Source: Torpedo marmorata (taxonomy: Eukaryota). From it: a DNA stretch of 64,000 nucleotides. A program made the translations under genes and the position numbers. Below the pieces are notes generated by a model. The model was given only the letters and a program-made list of their open reading frames with translations, had not been told where the DNA came from and ran no database searches. Positions 10,707-21,600 of the stretch are shown here, in pieces (the stretch's first letter is position 1; every line of letters begins with the position of its first letter). The stretch spans positions 20,584,001 through 20,648,000 of the forward strand of contig OZ360242.1 in assembly GCA_977017645.1 (NCBI GenBank). Reading direction: 5' to 3'.

Positions 10707-11305
10707 GTCACAAAATACCTTGTACAGTGAGAAGGGTTCTTCTGCGAGCAGATCGGTGGGTTGTCCGAACATTCATATAGCCCGTGTACAGACAATTACA
10801 GAGTATAGGATTGCAATGAAAAGAAATGTCAATTTCTACCAAGAAAGGACAGCATGATAGCACTATTACGGGGTTCACTCAGGAGTCTTTTGACTGCAGG
10901 GAAGAAACTGTCTTTCAGCCTGTTGGTGCATGCTTTCACATTCTTAAGCCTTGTCCCTCATGGGAGGAGGGAGAAGAGAGTGTGTCCAGGGTATGATGGG
11001 TCCTTCAGTATGTTTGTTACCTTTCCAAAGCAACGGGAGATGCAGATGGAGTGTATGGGGGGGGGGGGGCGGGGGTGGAGGGAGGGAAGTTTGTGTTATG
11101 TTTCAAGCTGCATTCACTACCTTCTTTAGTTTCCTCTAATCTTGAGCAGAGCAGCCCCCACACCACTCCATGAATCATCTGGCAAGTATGTTTACAATGG
11201 TGCACCTGCAGTTGTGAGAGATAAGAGGGAACATGCCGAACTTCCTTAGTCTTCTCACAAAGTAGAGGCATTTTCTTGACCGTCGCGTCAATGTGTTTGT
11301 CCTAG
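10707..11305 (-). mobile_element. Degenerate Rex1/Babar-type 3' fragment
   Basis: Minus strand encodes a ...PSYPGHTLFSLLP-type C-terminus and 3'UTR, tail-to-tail with family A. Confidence 0.6.
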
Positions 11306-12521
11306 GTCGTCTTTGTCCTCAGTCAGTAAAACCAAACACACTGTGTAGGATAATAGCAGAAGCCTCTGCTATGCAACACACTATGCAACAGTGTAGCAGA
11401 ATATCTTACTGATACATTTCAATCCGATGATCCTTCCATGAGGTGGCAGTATTTATTCATAAATACAAATGGACATAACCCACTTGTAATTTCAACAGCA
11501 CAGTAAAAATTCTTTAATTTTCATTCATGTGGAAGTGAATCCTTTGCATGTGAGTTATTCTTTCTAGACCTTAAACATAATGTAATTCTTTCACAAGAAG
11601 AGTTATTGGCATTTTGAGCAGGTTGAACATCATTTTAGCAAGATTATTCTTAATTTCCAACTACATTGAAATGGATCTTTAAAAATAATATCTTACTAAG
11701 ACCACAATGAGTGTCTATGTACATGGGAGGTGCTGAAAACCATAACCAGTGTGAGCCATTTATTATCCACTCCCATGGCGAAAGAACATCCACATTAAAT
11801 GCTGCCCCAAATAACCAGTTCAAACCTCAGAAATTTGCAAATGTTTTCATCCAAGTCAGTGTAATTACACAGAAAGCAGCACCTGAATACATTAGATCCA
11901 AAATAATTTAAATTATTATATGCAGTTATAGAAAGATCCAGCACTTTGCAATACAACTTTCATATCTCATGTTGTGTTATCTTTTGCTATTCCACACGCA
12001 AAGTAACACCCACACTATCTACACCCAGCCCTAGCTGCAAAATCACCCTAACTCTTGCATTTAAGCAGATACAAACATCATTCCCTAACCAGACATTGTT
12101 TGCTTGATAAGACAACTTTATTTTCAGGCTCTGCTTCTTTCATTCACAAAAGGTAAGTGTACATTCTAATTGCTTGATATCATAGTTTTTAGTTACTGTA
12201 TTAGAAACATGTATCTGTAGAGTAGAAATGTTCTTTAATACATAATCTTACTTCCATTTGTAATTATATATTTTGCTGTAAAGCAGTATCAGTGCTGCAT
12301 TTGAAGTCTTTCTCACACCTCCTTCAACTATAAATGATAGTGAGCAATCAATGATAATATGACTAGCTAAACCAACTGCTAAATTAAAATTAATTCTTCT
12401 CATTGTAATATATTGCTTCCTTACATTTAAATTAATGTAACAAAATGCAGCACAATGTGTCAGCACATTGCTTTCTGAAAATAAAAAAATGTAACAGTGG
12501 CATGTTTCTTTATACATTAAC

Positions 12522-12760
12522 CAGCCATTCTCAACAGGGGCCATATGCGCCCACCCCTCCACTGGGGGCCACGGCACATTTAATGGGGGGCATGGACTGA
12601 AATCATAAAATATTTTTTTATGTTTTTATGTAGTTGGTAGCAGAGAAGTACGGAAGAAATCAACTAAACTTGACTGCTTCACAGGGAAGGGGGCCCATAA
12701 GCTTTGAGCAGAGTCCTAAGGGGGCCAGAGCCAACAAAAAAAAAAGGTTGAGAATGGCTG
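12522..12760. mobile_element. Non-autonomous hAT (Charlie-like) MITE
   Basis: 14-bp TIRs CAGCCATTCTCAAC (12522-12535) and GTTGAGAATGGCTG (12747-12760). The 8-bp flanks match only partly (decayed TSD). Confidence 0.75.
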
Positions 12761-13129
12761 CACTTGACTATTATTAGTACAGAGAAAGAAATGTTGTTAA
12801 TTGGGATTAGGTTGATTAACTTTCCCCAGACAGATCCTTTAACTGTCAATCCATGACAGATGGACCCTTAGGTATTTCTCAATTTTCCGACTCCAGAATT
12901 GATTCAAATAGATCATTGTACTCCATTCAGTGCACCTTCTCCTTCACAATTCTGTTCAGGAAATTCTTGCACTGCCTATTCGAGCCCATATCTGAGCTTA
13001 TAACAGGGCACCTGGGACTCTGTTACACAACAGAATAATTTACATCCACAGCCAGCAAAAACAAAAAAAAGAGGGGGGAAACAGGAGATGGAGAATTGGG
13101 ATTAAAATGAGGCACAGAAAGAGCAATAG

Positions 13130-13475
13130 TCAGAGTTCTACAGCAGGGAAACAGGCCATTTGGCCCAACTTGTCCAAGCTAGCCCCATTTACCTGCATTT
13201 AGCCCACGTCCATCTAAATATTTCCTGTCCATGCACCTGTCCAAATGTCTTCTGGATTCCACAATTGTTTCCACTTCTACCACTTCCTCTGGCAGTTCAT
13301 TCCAAATATCCACCATTTGTGTGAAAAATGAGACCTTCAGGTCCCTTTTAAATCATTCCCCTCTAACCTTAAATCTATGCCCTCTAGTTTTAGATTCCTT
13401 TACCCTGGAAAAAAGACTTTCACTATTTACCTTATCTATGTCCCTCATAATGTTATAAACCTCTATTAGATTCCC
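13130..13475 (-). mobile_element. CR1-type LINE 3' fragment
   Basis: Reverse complement of a CR1 3' end (AACAGGCCATTTGGCCC tail motif); similar to 46843-47412. Confidence 0.65.
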
Positions 13476-13674
13476 CCCTCCCCATCAACAATTGCAATCT
13501 GAATACCAGTAAGGCACTGGTTTTATGTTGCAGACAACTTTGTCAATGTATCTTTGTGAATGAAAAAAAAGTTAAAATAATGGGGAGAATCTTTTCTTTA
13601 ATTGATTTTTTCAGCTGATTCAGCATGAGCTCAGTCGAGAAGCATCCAGATAGGGGGCAGCAGCGTTTGGGTTT

Positions 13675-14010
13675 TTAAGTTTATTGTTATAAGTTATTGA
13701 GATATTTTGTTTTGCGCACAATCCCGTTACTCAACCCATACATAGTATAGCAATAAAAACACAGTACAAAGTGCAGAGTTGAAGAGAGATCAGCTAGGAC
13801 ATGAAAAAAGGTACAAAGTGCAGAGTTGAAGAGAGAAGTCAGTTAGAGCAGAATAAAGACAACATTATTTTACTAGTGTGAGGTTCATTCAGTGTAATGC
13901 AAGAACGAAACTGTCCTTGAGCCTGGCGGTGCTTGATCTCATACTCGTGAAACTTCTTCCCCAAGGGAGGAGGGAGAAGAGAGTGTGGCAACGGAGAATG
14001 GGTCTTTTAA
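13675..14010 (-). mobile_element. Degenerate Rex1-type 3' end
   Basis: GGGAGGAGGGAGAAGAGAGTGTG and GAAACTGTCCTTGAGCCTG segments shared with 10900-10990. Confidence 0.5.
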
Positions 14011-14011
14011 T

Positions 14012-14160
14012 ACGTAAATCACGAAAATCTGTGGACACCGTGGTTGAAGTAAAAACACAAAATGCTGGAGAAGCTCAGCCGGTCAAACAGTGTCCTTTAT
14101 GTAGCAAAGGTAAAGATACATAACCGACGTTTCGGGCTTGTATATTAACTACGTGCAACT
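14012..14160 (-). mobile_element. Penelope-like pseudo-LTR fragment
   Basis: Near-identical to 14457-14590 and 32877-33005. Confidence 0.7.
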
Positions 14161-14456
14161 TATTGAGCTGCTGCCTCATGAAACCAGCTTCTTGGTTCAA
14201 CCCTGATTTATAGACAATAGGTGCAGGAGTAGCCCATTCGGCCCTTCGAGCCAGCACCGCCACTCACTGTGATCATGGCTGATCATCCACAATCAGGACC
14301 CCGTTCCTGCCTTCTCCCCATTTCCCGTGCTGTGTGTTGCAATTTTCTCATTCTCCCTGGTGGGTTCCATTCACACCCCAAATACATACGTGTTCGTAGT
14401 TAATTACCAGGTGAGTGGATGGTATTCGGGGGATAGTAGGTTATATTGTAAACTGG

Positions 14457-14781
14457 AAGTAAACACGAAAATCTGTAGACACCGTGGATGAAGTAAAAAA
14501 CACAAATGCTGGAGAACTCAGCAGGTCAAACAGTGTCTTTTATGTAGCAAAGGTAGAAATACATAACCGACGTTTCGGGCTTGAGCCCTTCATCAAAGTA
14601 TGAGAAAATGCCGGCAGGCGTCCGAACAAAGGTTCCCCCCTCACTCTTTTGTTCGGACGCCTGCCGGCATTTTCTCGTACTTTGATGAAGGGCTCAAGCC
14701 CGAAACGTCGGTTATGTATTTCTACCTTTGCTACATAAAAGACACTGTTTGACCTGCTGAGTTCTCCAGCATTTGTGTTTT
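14457..14781. mobile_element. Penelope-like element reduced to an inverted pseudo-LTR pair with a hammerhead-like motif
   Basis: Arms 14494-14630 and 14648-14784. Flanking direct repeat TTATATTGTAAACTGG at 14441-14456 and 14782-14797. Same sequence as the GIY-YIG-containing copy at 32877-33574. Confidence 0.85.
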
Positions 14782-14979
14782 TTATATTGTAAACTGGGCA
14801 GGGTGGTGGAATTGCCCTGATTTCCCCTCAATGGCTGAAAAGTCTCCTTTTCTGTATCATATGGAAATATGAACCATCACCTTGATGTTCCTGGAGCTTG
14901 CTGAGCGTAAGGCGTTGCCCTCTGTTGGATGATTGCCCATTTCCAAACGTTCTGTGACTTTGCAGAACGCCCTACCAAC

Positions 14980-15110
14980 AGTGAAAGCCGCCGCAGATCG
15001 ATAACTTTCTCCGCCCTCTGTGCTCAACGGAGAGCGCATGCGCGGCATTACCCGGACCCTGGAGTTGGGGACCAGGTGCGCAGTCGGCCTGATTTCCGGT
15101 CGCACCGCTT
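14980..15110 (+). promoter_or_regulatory. PIGQ: CpG-rich housekeeping-type promoter of PIGQ
   Basis: Non-repeat GC/CpG-rich island about 14900-15430 with an NRF1 palindrome GCGCATGCGC (15034-15043), a GC-box-like CCGCCC (15011-15016) and an ETS site ATTTCCGG (15092-15099), 2 kb upstream of the first coding exon. Confidence 0.7.
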
Positions 15111-15430
15111 GGCTGATGCGGTGTTGAGGACGTTCTCCTGCGGTCTTCCGAGCTGGGTGGGGGCTGTGCTACTGATCCAGGCGAGATTGGCCACCAACAC
15201 TGGTCAACAGCTCTCGGGTCAGGCTTCACGTATCGGCACCTCTCGCAGCATCCGGCCTGGGCCGCTCCGTTTCCATAACAACCGGACTCCTGCCACAAGG
15301 GCGGCGAGGACACAGCGGGCTCGCTGACCTTCATGCTGTTCCCCCTGTCTGACAGGGCCGGGACACTTGAATGGAATCCGTGCAGACGGAAGAGGGAGAC
15401 GGAGACATGTGGCCGGTGTACAGTCATCTT
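15100..15430 (+). other. PIGQ: Probable non-coding exon 1 of PIGQ (start approximate)
   Basis: Consensus donor CTT|GTAAGT at 15431 closes the CpG island. The first coding exon begins with an acceptor at 17290, which implies an upstream exon. Confidence 0.6.
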
Positions 15431-15586
15431 GTAAGTCCATGCCAGTACTAATTTATGCTGCGTTAGTTGTCAGGAACAGAATATGATCTGCGTATTGTTG
15501 GAGAAAGCAGCCTTCCTTGCCATTATTTAATGCTCATTCTTCCCAGGCTAAGTAAAGTGGGGCCCCATCAGAATAAGAATGCCGTG

Positions 15587-15680
15587 AAACACGAAAGTCT
15601 GAAGACGCCGTGATTGTAGTAAAAACACAAAAATGCAGGAATAACTCAGCAGGGTCCATAGGAGGTAAAGATATGGATAG
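15587..15680 (-). mobile_element. Penelope-like pseudo-LTR fragment (related subfamily)
   Basis: ACACGAAAGTCTG...GTAAAAACACAAAAATGC...CTCAGCAGG resembles 14460-14530. Confidence 0.55.
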
Positions 15681-15941
15681 AATAAGAACGCCTTCAATGT
15701 CAACGTGCTGCAGCAGGAAAACTGATCATAGATAGGTGAAAGGTGGCATTTGATCAGTTCAAAAGCAGAAACTCAGCAGGTCAAGCAGTGTCCGTGGATT
15801 TTGATTTTCAACGACACAGGCTGGGATAAATATGTGTACATTTGTAAGACTAAAAATGGCAGATTATTTGACTTTGGATGTGTGGTGTGGCATTAAAGCC
15901 AAATTATGTTTGCTTTTTGTATACAAGCAACAGGGATCATT

Positions 15942-17045
15942 AGCCCCTTTCACACTGCAAAGTACACGTGGGTTGAACCGGCCAAATTAGCGGGTAATCT
16001 GGCAGTGTGAAAGGTTCCAACCGGGCAGGGCGAGTAAAAATCAACCGGGCTCTGACTCTTCCTTTTCACACCGCCGATTCCTGCCAACCCTCCTAGGAAC
16101 CGGGTAAAGTTTCCGGGAAGGTTGCACCTCCGGGGCCTTTCACACTGCAGCCTTACTTATCTGGTAAATCGGCAACCCGGGATTTTAAGATCCAGCGGTG
16201 ACAATGCGAGAGCAGGTTGTCCTTTCACACCGCCAGAAGGCTATTGGTGGGTTAACTCGGCTGGGCTCCGAGAATACCACCCCCCACCCCCCCATCCTTC
16301 CCATGTCTCCAAGCCCAGTTAAATTTGACCTGCCCTGCCCGGTTGGGACGTTTCACACCGCACGATAACTGGGTAAGTTACCGGGTAAATTGCCCGGTTA
16401 ACCCACATGTACTCAGCGGTGTGAAAGGGCCTGGTGGGGGCAAGTGTTAGAGCCCGGTTGAGTTAACTCGTTAATCACTCTGTGGCGGTGTGAATGGTCT
16501 AGTTGAATTACCGGGTACTGTTAGTGCGTGCTTGCGTCAGTCTGTGTGAAATATAACTGTGCAGTCGGTGTGGCTGTTAGCGCGTATCTGTGCTTTAAAT
16601 CATCACAAGATTACTTTTAATACCTAATACAATGTAATGCTATGTAAATTGTTGTTATACTCTATTGTTTAGGGAATAATGACAAGCTGGTCTGTGGGTT
16701 TGTCCTAAATTTGTCCTAAGTTTGAACAGTCTGAAGCCCATTGAGATAGATTTTCCCACAGTCTTTTATACATTGAGTGCGTATGTCTTATTAAACTGTG
16801 CTCGTTTTTTCCCACGGTCTTTTATACATTGAGCGCGTATGTGCTTTATTCCCGCTACGATTTCACTACCCTGTGAGTACGTAATACGTCACTTGTGTCA
16901 TCACCGCTGGAGGCGGGACCCCCCTTAAAATCCTGGGTTCCCGATGAACCAGATTATTCATGGTGCAGTGAGAAAGGCTCCCCGGGTGCAGCATGCCCGG
17001 TAAGTTTACCCGCTTCCTAGGAGGGTTGGCGGTGTGAAAGGGGCT
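15942..17045. mobile_element. Non-autonomous PIF/Harbinger-type DNA transposon in PIGQ intron 1
   Basis: 14-bp TIRs AGCCCCTTTCACAC / GTGTGAAAGGGGCT, 3-bp TSD ATT (15939-15941, 17046-17048), many internal TTTCACAC/GTGTGAAA repeats, no transposase ORF. Confidence 0.82.
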
Positions 17046-17321
17046 ATTGAGTACCAGAAACAAATTGCCCAGGCTTATTTTTCAAGTTATTGATGCTAAT
17101 TGTTTAAATCCCTGTCACCCTTGAAAGACTTGTTGCAAACCGTGTTGGAAAGTAAATGATGAAATGGTACACTTTAATTGTAGTGACTACATTATAGAAT
17201 ATCCTTCATTGATTGCTGAGACTGTTTACATTAATGACTATTGTTTCAATTTCCACACTTCTACAATTGTGCCTTTGATCTATTTTACAGACGCAAAGTG
17301 AAGTATTTGTGAAATCGTAAC

Positions 17322-18010
17322 ATGGTAATAAAGGTGTTTTTTCCAAGTTGCTGCCCAGAAGCAGAAAGTGGCCTGCTGCTAGGTCGCTGGATTCCAGAGC
17401 AGAATGCTGCAGTTGTCCTTGCAATTATTCATTACCCTTTCATCCCGGGGCAAGTGAAGCAGTATCTTGAGCAGATTAAGAATGTGACTAAGGTAAACGT
17501 CTCAGTGCTTGGATCCTGGAGCAGTCATAGTTCTCGGACAGAGGAAAACGTTGACCAATTTCTGCAAGATCTGAGCTCCATCTTCCCGCATGATATTTGG
17601 TTCCAGCTAACACAGGAAAAAGAAAATGAATCGGCATTCAACTGTCATGTCGTTCAACCATGTAGTAAGAACAACGAGGAGGATGTTATTTTAATTCACT
17701 ATGATCAACGCAAGGTTATGCTGTCAAAATTACATGATCTGGATACTAAAATCCTTGGAAATAACCATAACCCTGAAGTGGAATCAGAAGTCATTAACTC
17801 AGATTTTGCTGCAATTTTTGAAACTGTCGCTAAATGCGAACTTTTGTTTATGATTGATAAATATGATGAAACTCCAATCAAATTTACTCACTGGCAGTCC
17901 GAAGGACGAGAGACAAGTGTTGTTGTGGAACTTGCGAAACAAGCATCAGTACCTGTCTGTATGGTTCTTTTGTTCCTGGTAACGCTTGTTTTGAATATCT
18001 GCAAAAGCAG
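17322..18010 (+). CDS. PIGQ: PIGQ coding exon 1 (gene exon 2; acceptor at 17290/17291)
   Basis: MVIKVFFPSCC...SGLLLGRWIPEQNAAVVLAIIHYPFIP...LIHYDQRKVMLS...THWQSEGRE...VELAKQAS matches the vertebrate PIGQ N-terminus as I recall it. Acceptor TTTTACAG, donor CAG|GTAATT, phase 2. Confidence 0.95.
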
Positions 18011-18195
18011 GTAATTGATATTAAAGAAAATTTGAAAATATTTAACATAGTCAAAATTAAACTTTTTTGTACTTTACTGTAACAAAGCAATTACTATTTT
18101 CAAACCATATTTTCCCTGTGAAACAAAACTAATAGTTTGTATTGCAAACTTTGATGGAATAAGCAGTAGATTCCTTTAACATTTACATAATGGAA

Positions 18196-18444
18196 TTTTA
18201 AATTTAGACATACAGCACGGTAACAGGCCATTTCGGCCCACGAGTCCGTGCCGCCCAATTTACACCCAATTAACCTACACCCCCGATACGTTTCGAATGG
18301 TGGGAGGAAACCGGAGCCCCCGGAGGAAACCCACGCAGACACGGGGAGAACGTACAAACTCCTTACAGACAGCGCAGGATTCGAACCCCGGTCCTAATCG
18401 CTGGCGCTGTAAAGGCGTTGCGCTAACTGCTACACCAACCGTGC
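18196..18444 (-). mobile_element. tRNA-derived V-SINE (HE1-like) with CR1-type tail
   Basis: Minus strand: A box TGGTGTAGCAGTT, B box GGTTCGAATCC, V-domain GTTTGTACGTTCTCCCCGTGTCTGCGTGGGTTTCCTCCGG, tail GGGCCGAAATGGCCTGTTACCGTGCTGTATG. Confidence 0.88.
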
Positions 18445-18650
18445 TTGGTGTACAAGCTTCGTCAAGCAGATACTATATAAAGGTTTAATGTCAAAAAACC
18501 TGTGGAAGTAAAGGGTGCACTGGCATAACTGAAGATGAAGGAACTATTGTCCATATACCATTTTTGCTTCCTTATGAAGTCTAATTGTAGATTATGTTTT
18601 TATATCACTTGTGAAACTTGAATATACAGCGATGTTTACAATGGAATGAA

Positions 18651-21600
18651 TTTTTTTTTTGAATATTTTATTTGTATTTTTTAAAGCCAAACATATCAAT
18701 AACAAAAGTAATACATCATCAAATATATTATTTGTCTGTTGACTATTATACTAAAAACCAACAACAAAATTACAAACAAAGAAAAACCCACCCACCCAAT
18801 TCCCCCCTAAAAGAAAGAAAGGAGAGGAATAGAATAAGAAAAGGTTGAAGTAGAAAAGGAAAGAAGACGTTGGAGGTTCGTCATCCACCCTGCAGGCTTA
18901 AGTTACTTGGCATACTCGGATTTTTAAAGAGGAAATGGACATAGGTCCTGGAGGCAAGGAGGGGCCTGGCTATAGATTTACAGCCATATATTGTAAATAT
19001 GGAGTCCAAATCTTTAAAAATGTATCATATCTATTTCTAAGATTATAGGTAATCTTCTCAAGGGGAACACAGCTGTACATTTCCTCATTCCATCTTGTCA
19101 TACCTAGATGGGAATCAGACTTCCATGTGACCGCTATACATTTCCTGGCCACTGCCAATGCAATCTCTACAAATTTTATTTGAAATTTTGACGGCCTCAT
19201 CTTAGGCTTTACGCCAGAGATATTGACCAATAGAAATAATTCTGGGTGTTGTGGGAACTGAATTCCTGTAATTTGTTCTAAGGGTTTCCCCAAGTTTTTC
19301 CAGAGAGGTTTTACCTTGGGGCATGACCAGGTTAAATGTAAAAACGTTCCTATTTCTTTGCCGCATCTAAAACATTTATCTGATATTTCTGATTTAAATT
19401 TATTCAATTTTTGCAGCGTGCGATACAACTGGTGCAAAAAATTATATTGCACCGGTCTGTATCTCACATTTATTGTGTTTTTCATACTGTCCCGACATAA
19501 GTCGGACCAGTTTTGTTCATTAATTATTATATCCAAGTCTGATTCCCATCTCTGACTAGATCTATGTAGCCCCTGTTTAGGGGTTCCTTTTTGTAGTAAA
19601 AGATAGGCTGCTGAAATAAACTTCTTTGCAATCCCCTTTCGAATCAAAGTCTCCACTTCGTAGGGTCATTGATGGGCCCAATTTATCCCTTAAGTAAGAT
19701 CTCAGCTGGAAATAGCAGAAGAGTGTATTATTCATAATACCATACTTATTTTTTAATTGTTCAAATGACATAAGTTGTCCCTGCTCATAGCAATCCTTGA
19801 CACATCTGATCCCTTTCTGGGACCAGGCATCCAGGATCTTATTATCCATTGTAAAAGGTATAAGCCTATTTTGAGCCAGGGGCATTTTTGGAGATAACCT
19901 CCCCTTATTCTCAATCTGATCATTTATTTTATACCAGGTATCAATTGTGTGTTTTAACAGGGGGGTTTCTTTCACACCGGTTATTAATTTTTTATCCCAT
20001 TTGTATATAAAGTCTTCTGCTATCCTCTCTCCCACCTTATGCAGTTCCATCTTTACCCAGGAAGGCTTGTCTCCCCCTTCAAAGAAGGGGGTGACAAATT
20101 TCATTTGGGCTGCCCAATAATATTTTTTGAAATCTGGGAGTTGTAAACCTCCCAGTTCATATCTCCATGTTAATTTTTCAGTGGCGACTCTGGCTACCTT
20201 ACTTCTCCAAATAAACTTCCTGATATATTTATTTAATTCTTGAAAGAACCCTCGAGGCAATGGTATAGGTAGTGTTTGGAAAAGATATTGGACCCGTGGC
20301 AAGATATTCATTTTTATACAGTTGACCCTACCAATAAGTGTTATTGGCAGTGCCATCCATCTGTTAAGATCCTCTTCAGCTATTCTAAGCAAGGGGAGGT
20401 AATTTAACTTATACAAATCTTGTAAATTGTTATTTGTTTTAATACCTAAATATTTTATCCCATTTGCCGGCCACTTAAAATTAGTATTCCTTTGGTATTG
20501 AGTATAATCCCCTCCCGTCAGTGGCATAATTTCACTTTTGTCCCAATTTATCTTATAACCGGAAATTTTCCCATAATCTTCCAATTTTAAGTGCAATTTT
20601 TCTAAAGAAACTGCTGGTTCTGTCAGGTATATCAAGTCAAGTCACCTTTATTTGTCGTTCATTACAATATACACAGTAAGACGAGATAGTGTTTCTCCAG
20701 GACCATGGGCAGATGTACATAAATATCATAATACAATAGAAAAAACAATAACTTGCTAATACACATATATATCTAGGAATTGAGGAGCCTGATGGCTTGG
20801 GGGGAAAAAACTATTGCACAGTCTGGACGTACGAGCCCGAGTGCTTCGGTACCTCCTTCCAGATGGCAAAGGGGAAAACAGTTTACCAAAGGGGTGTGAG
20901 AAGTCCTTCACAATGTTTTTAGCCTTCCTCATGCATTTTGTGTTGTAGATGTCTGTCATGGTGGGGAGAGAGACTCCAATAATTTTCTCCGCTGCCCTCA
21001 CTATCCTCTGCAGGGTCTTTCGGTCCGAGGTGGGACAGTTACCAAACCAAGCGGTGATGCAATTGCTCAGAATACTCTCAATACATCCCCTGTAGAATGT
21101 AGTAAGGATAGGGGGTGGGAGATGAACTTTCCTCAGTCTTCGCAGGACGTAAAGACGCTGCTGGGCTTTCTTGACTATGGAACTGGTGTTTAGGGACCAG
21201 CTGAGACTCTCCGCCAAGTGCACTCCAAGAAACTTGGTGCTCTTTACGACCTCAACGGCAGAGCCGTCCATGGTCAAAGGAGAATGATCCCCCCAGGCCC
21301 ATCATCTGTAAATAAGTTAATTTTGTGCTCTTCCTGGTTAATCCTGAATCCCTTAATGTCTGGATCTCGCCGAATAGCTTCCGCTAACGGTTCTATAACC
21401 AAAATAAAAAGAGCTGGATACAGTGGACAGCCTTGCCTAGTGGCTCTGGATAGTGGGAATGCTGAGGAAATTTGTCCATTGGTCACAACTCTAGCTTGGG
21501 ACTTATATAAAGCCTTAATCCAGTTTATAAAATTCTGTCCAAGTCCAAATCGTTCCAGCACTTTAAATAAAAAAATCCCACTCCACTCTATCAAAAACTT

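Noticed and set aside
12252-12327. Possible minus-strand exon (TTTATAG acceptor, GTAAGA donor) of a divergent transcript
   Set aside because: The peptide is unrecognisable, no partner exons were found, and such signals are common by chance in AT-rich DNA.
13644-13662. CTCF-like site CCAGATAGGGGGCAGCA
   Set aside because: The 5' half deviates from the core consensus spacing; it cannot be supported without a PWM scan or ChIP data.
14857-15440. Overlapping ORFs of 73-151 aa on both strands at the CpG island
   Set aside because: No recognisable protein features; such ORFs are expected in GC-rich promoter and 5'UTR sequence.
18370-18444. tRNA gene
   Set aside because: The A/B boxes belong to a V-SINE head that continues into the V-domain and LINE tail; there is no full cloverleaf.
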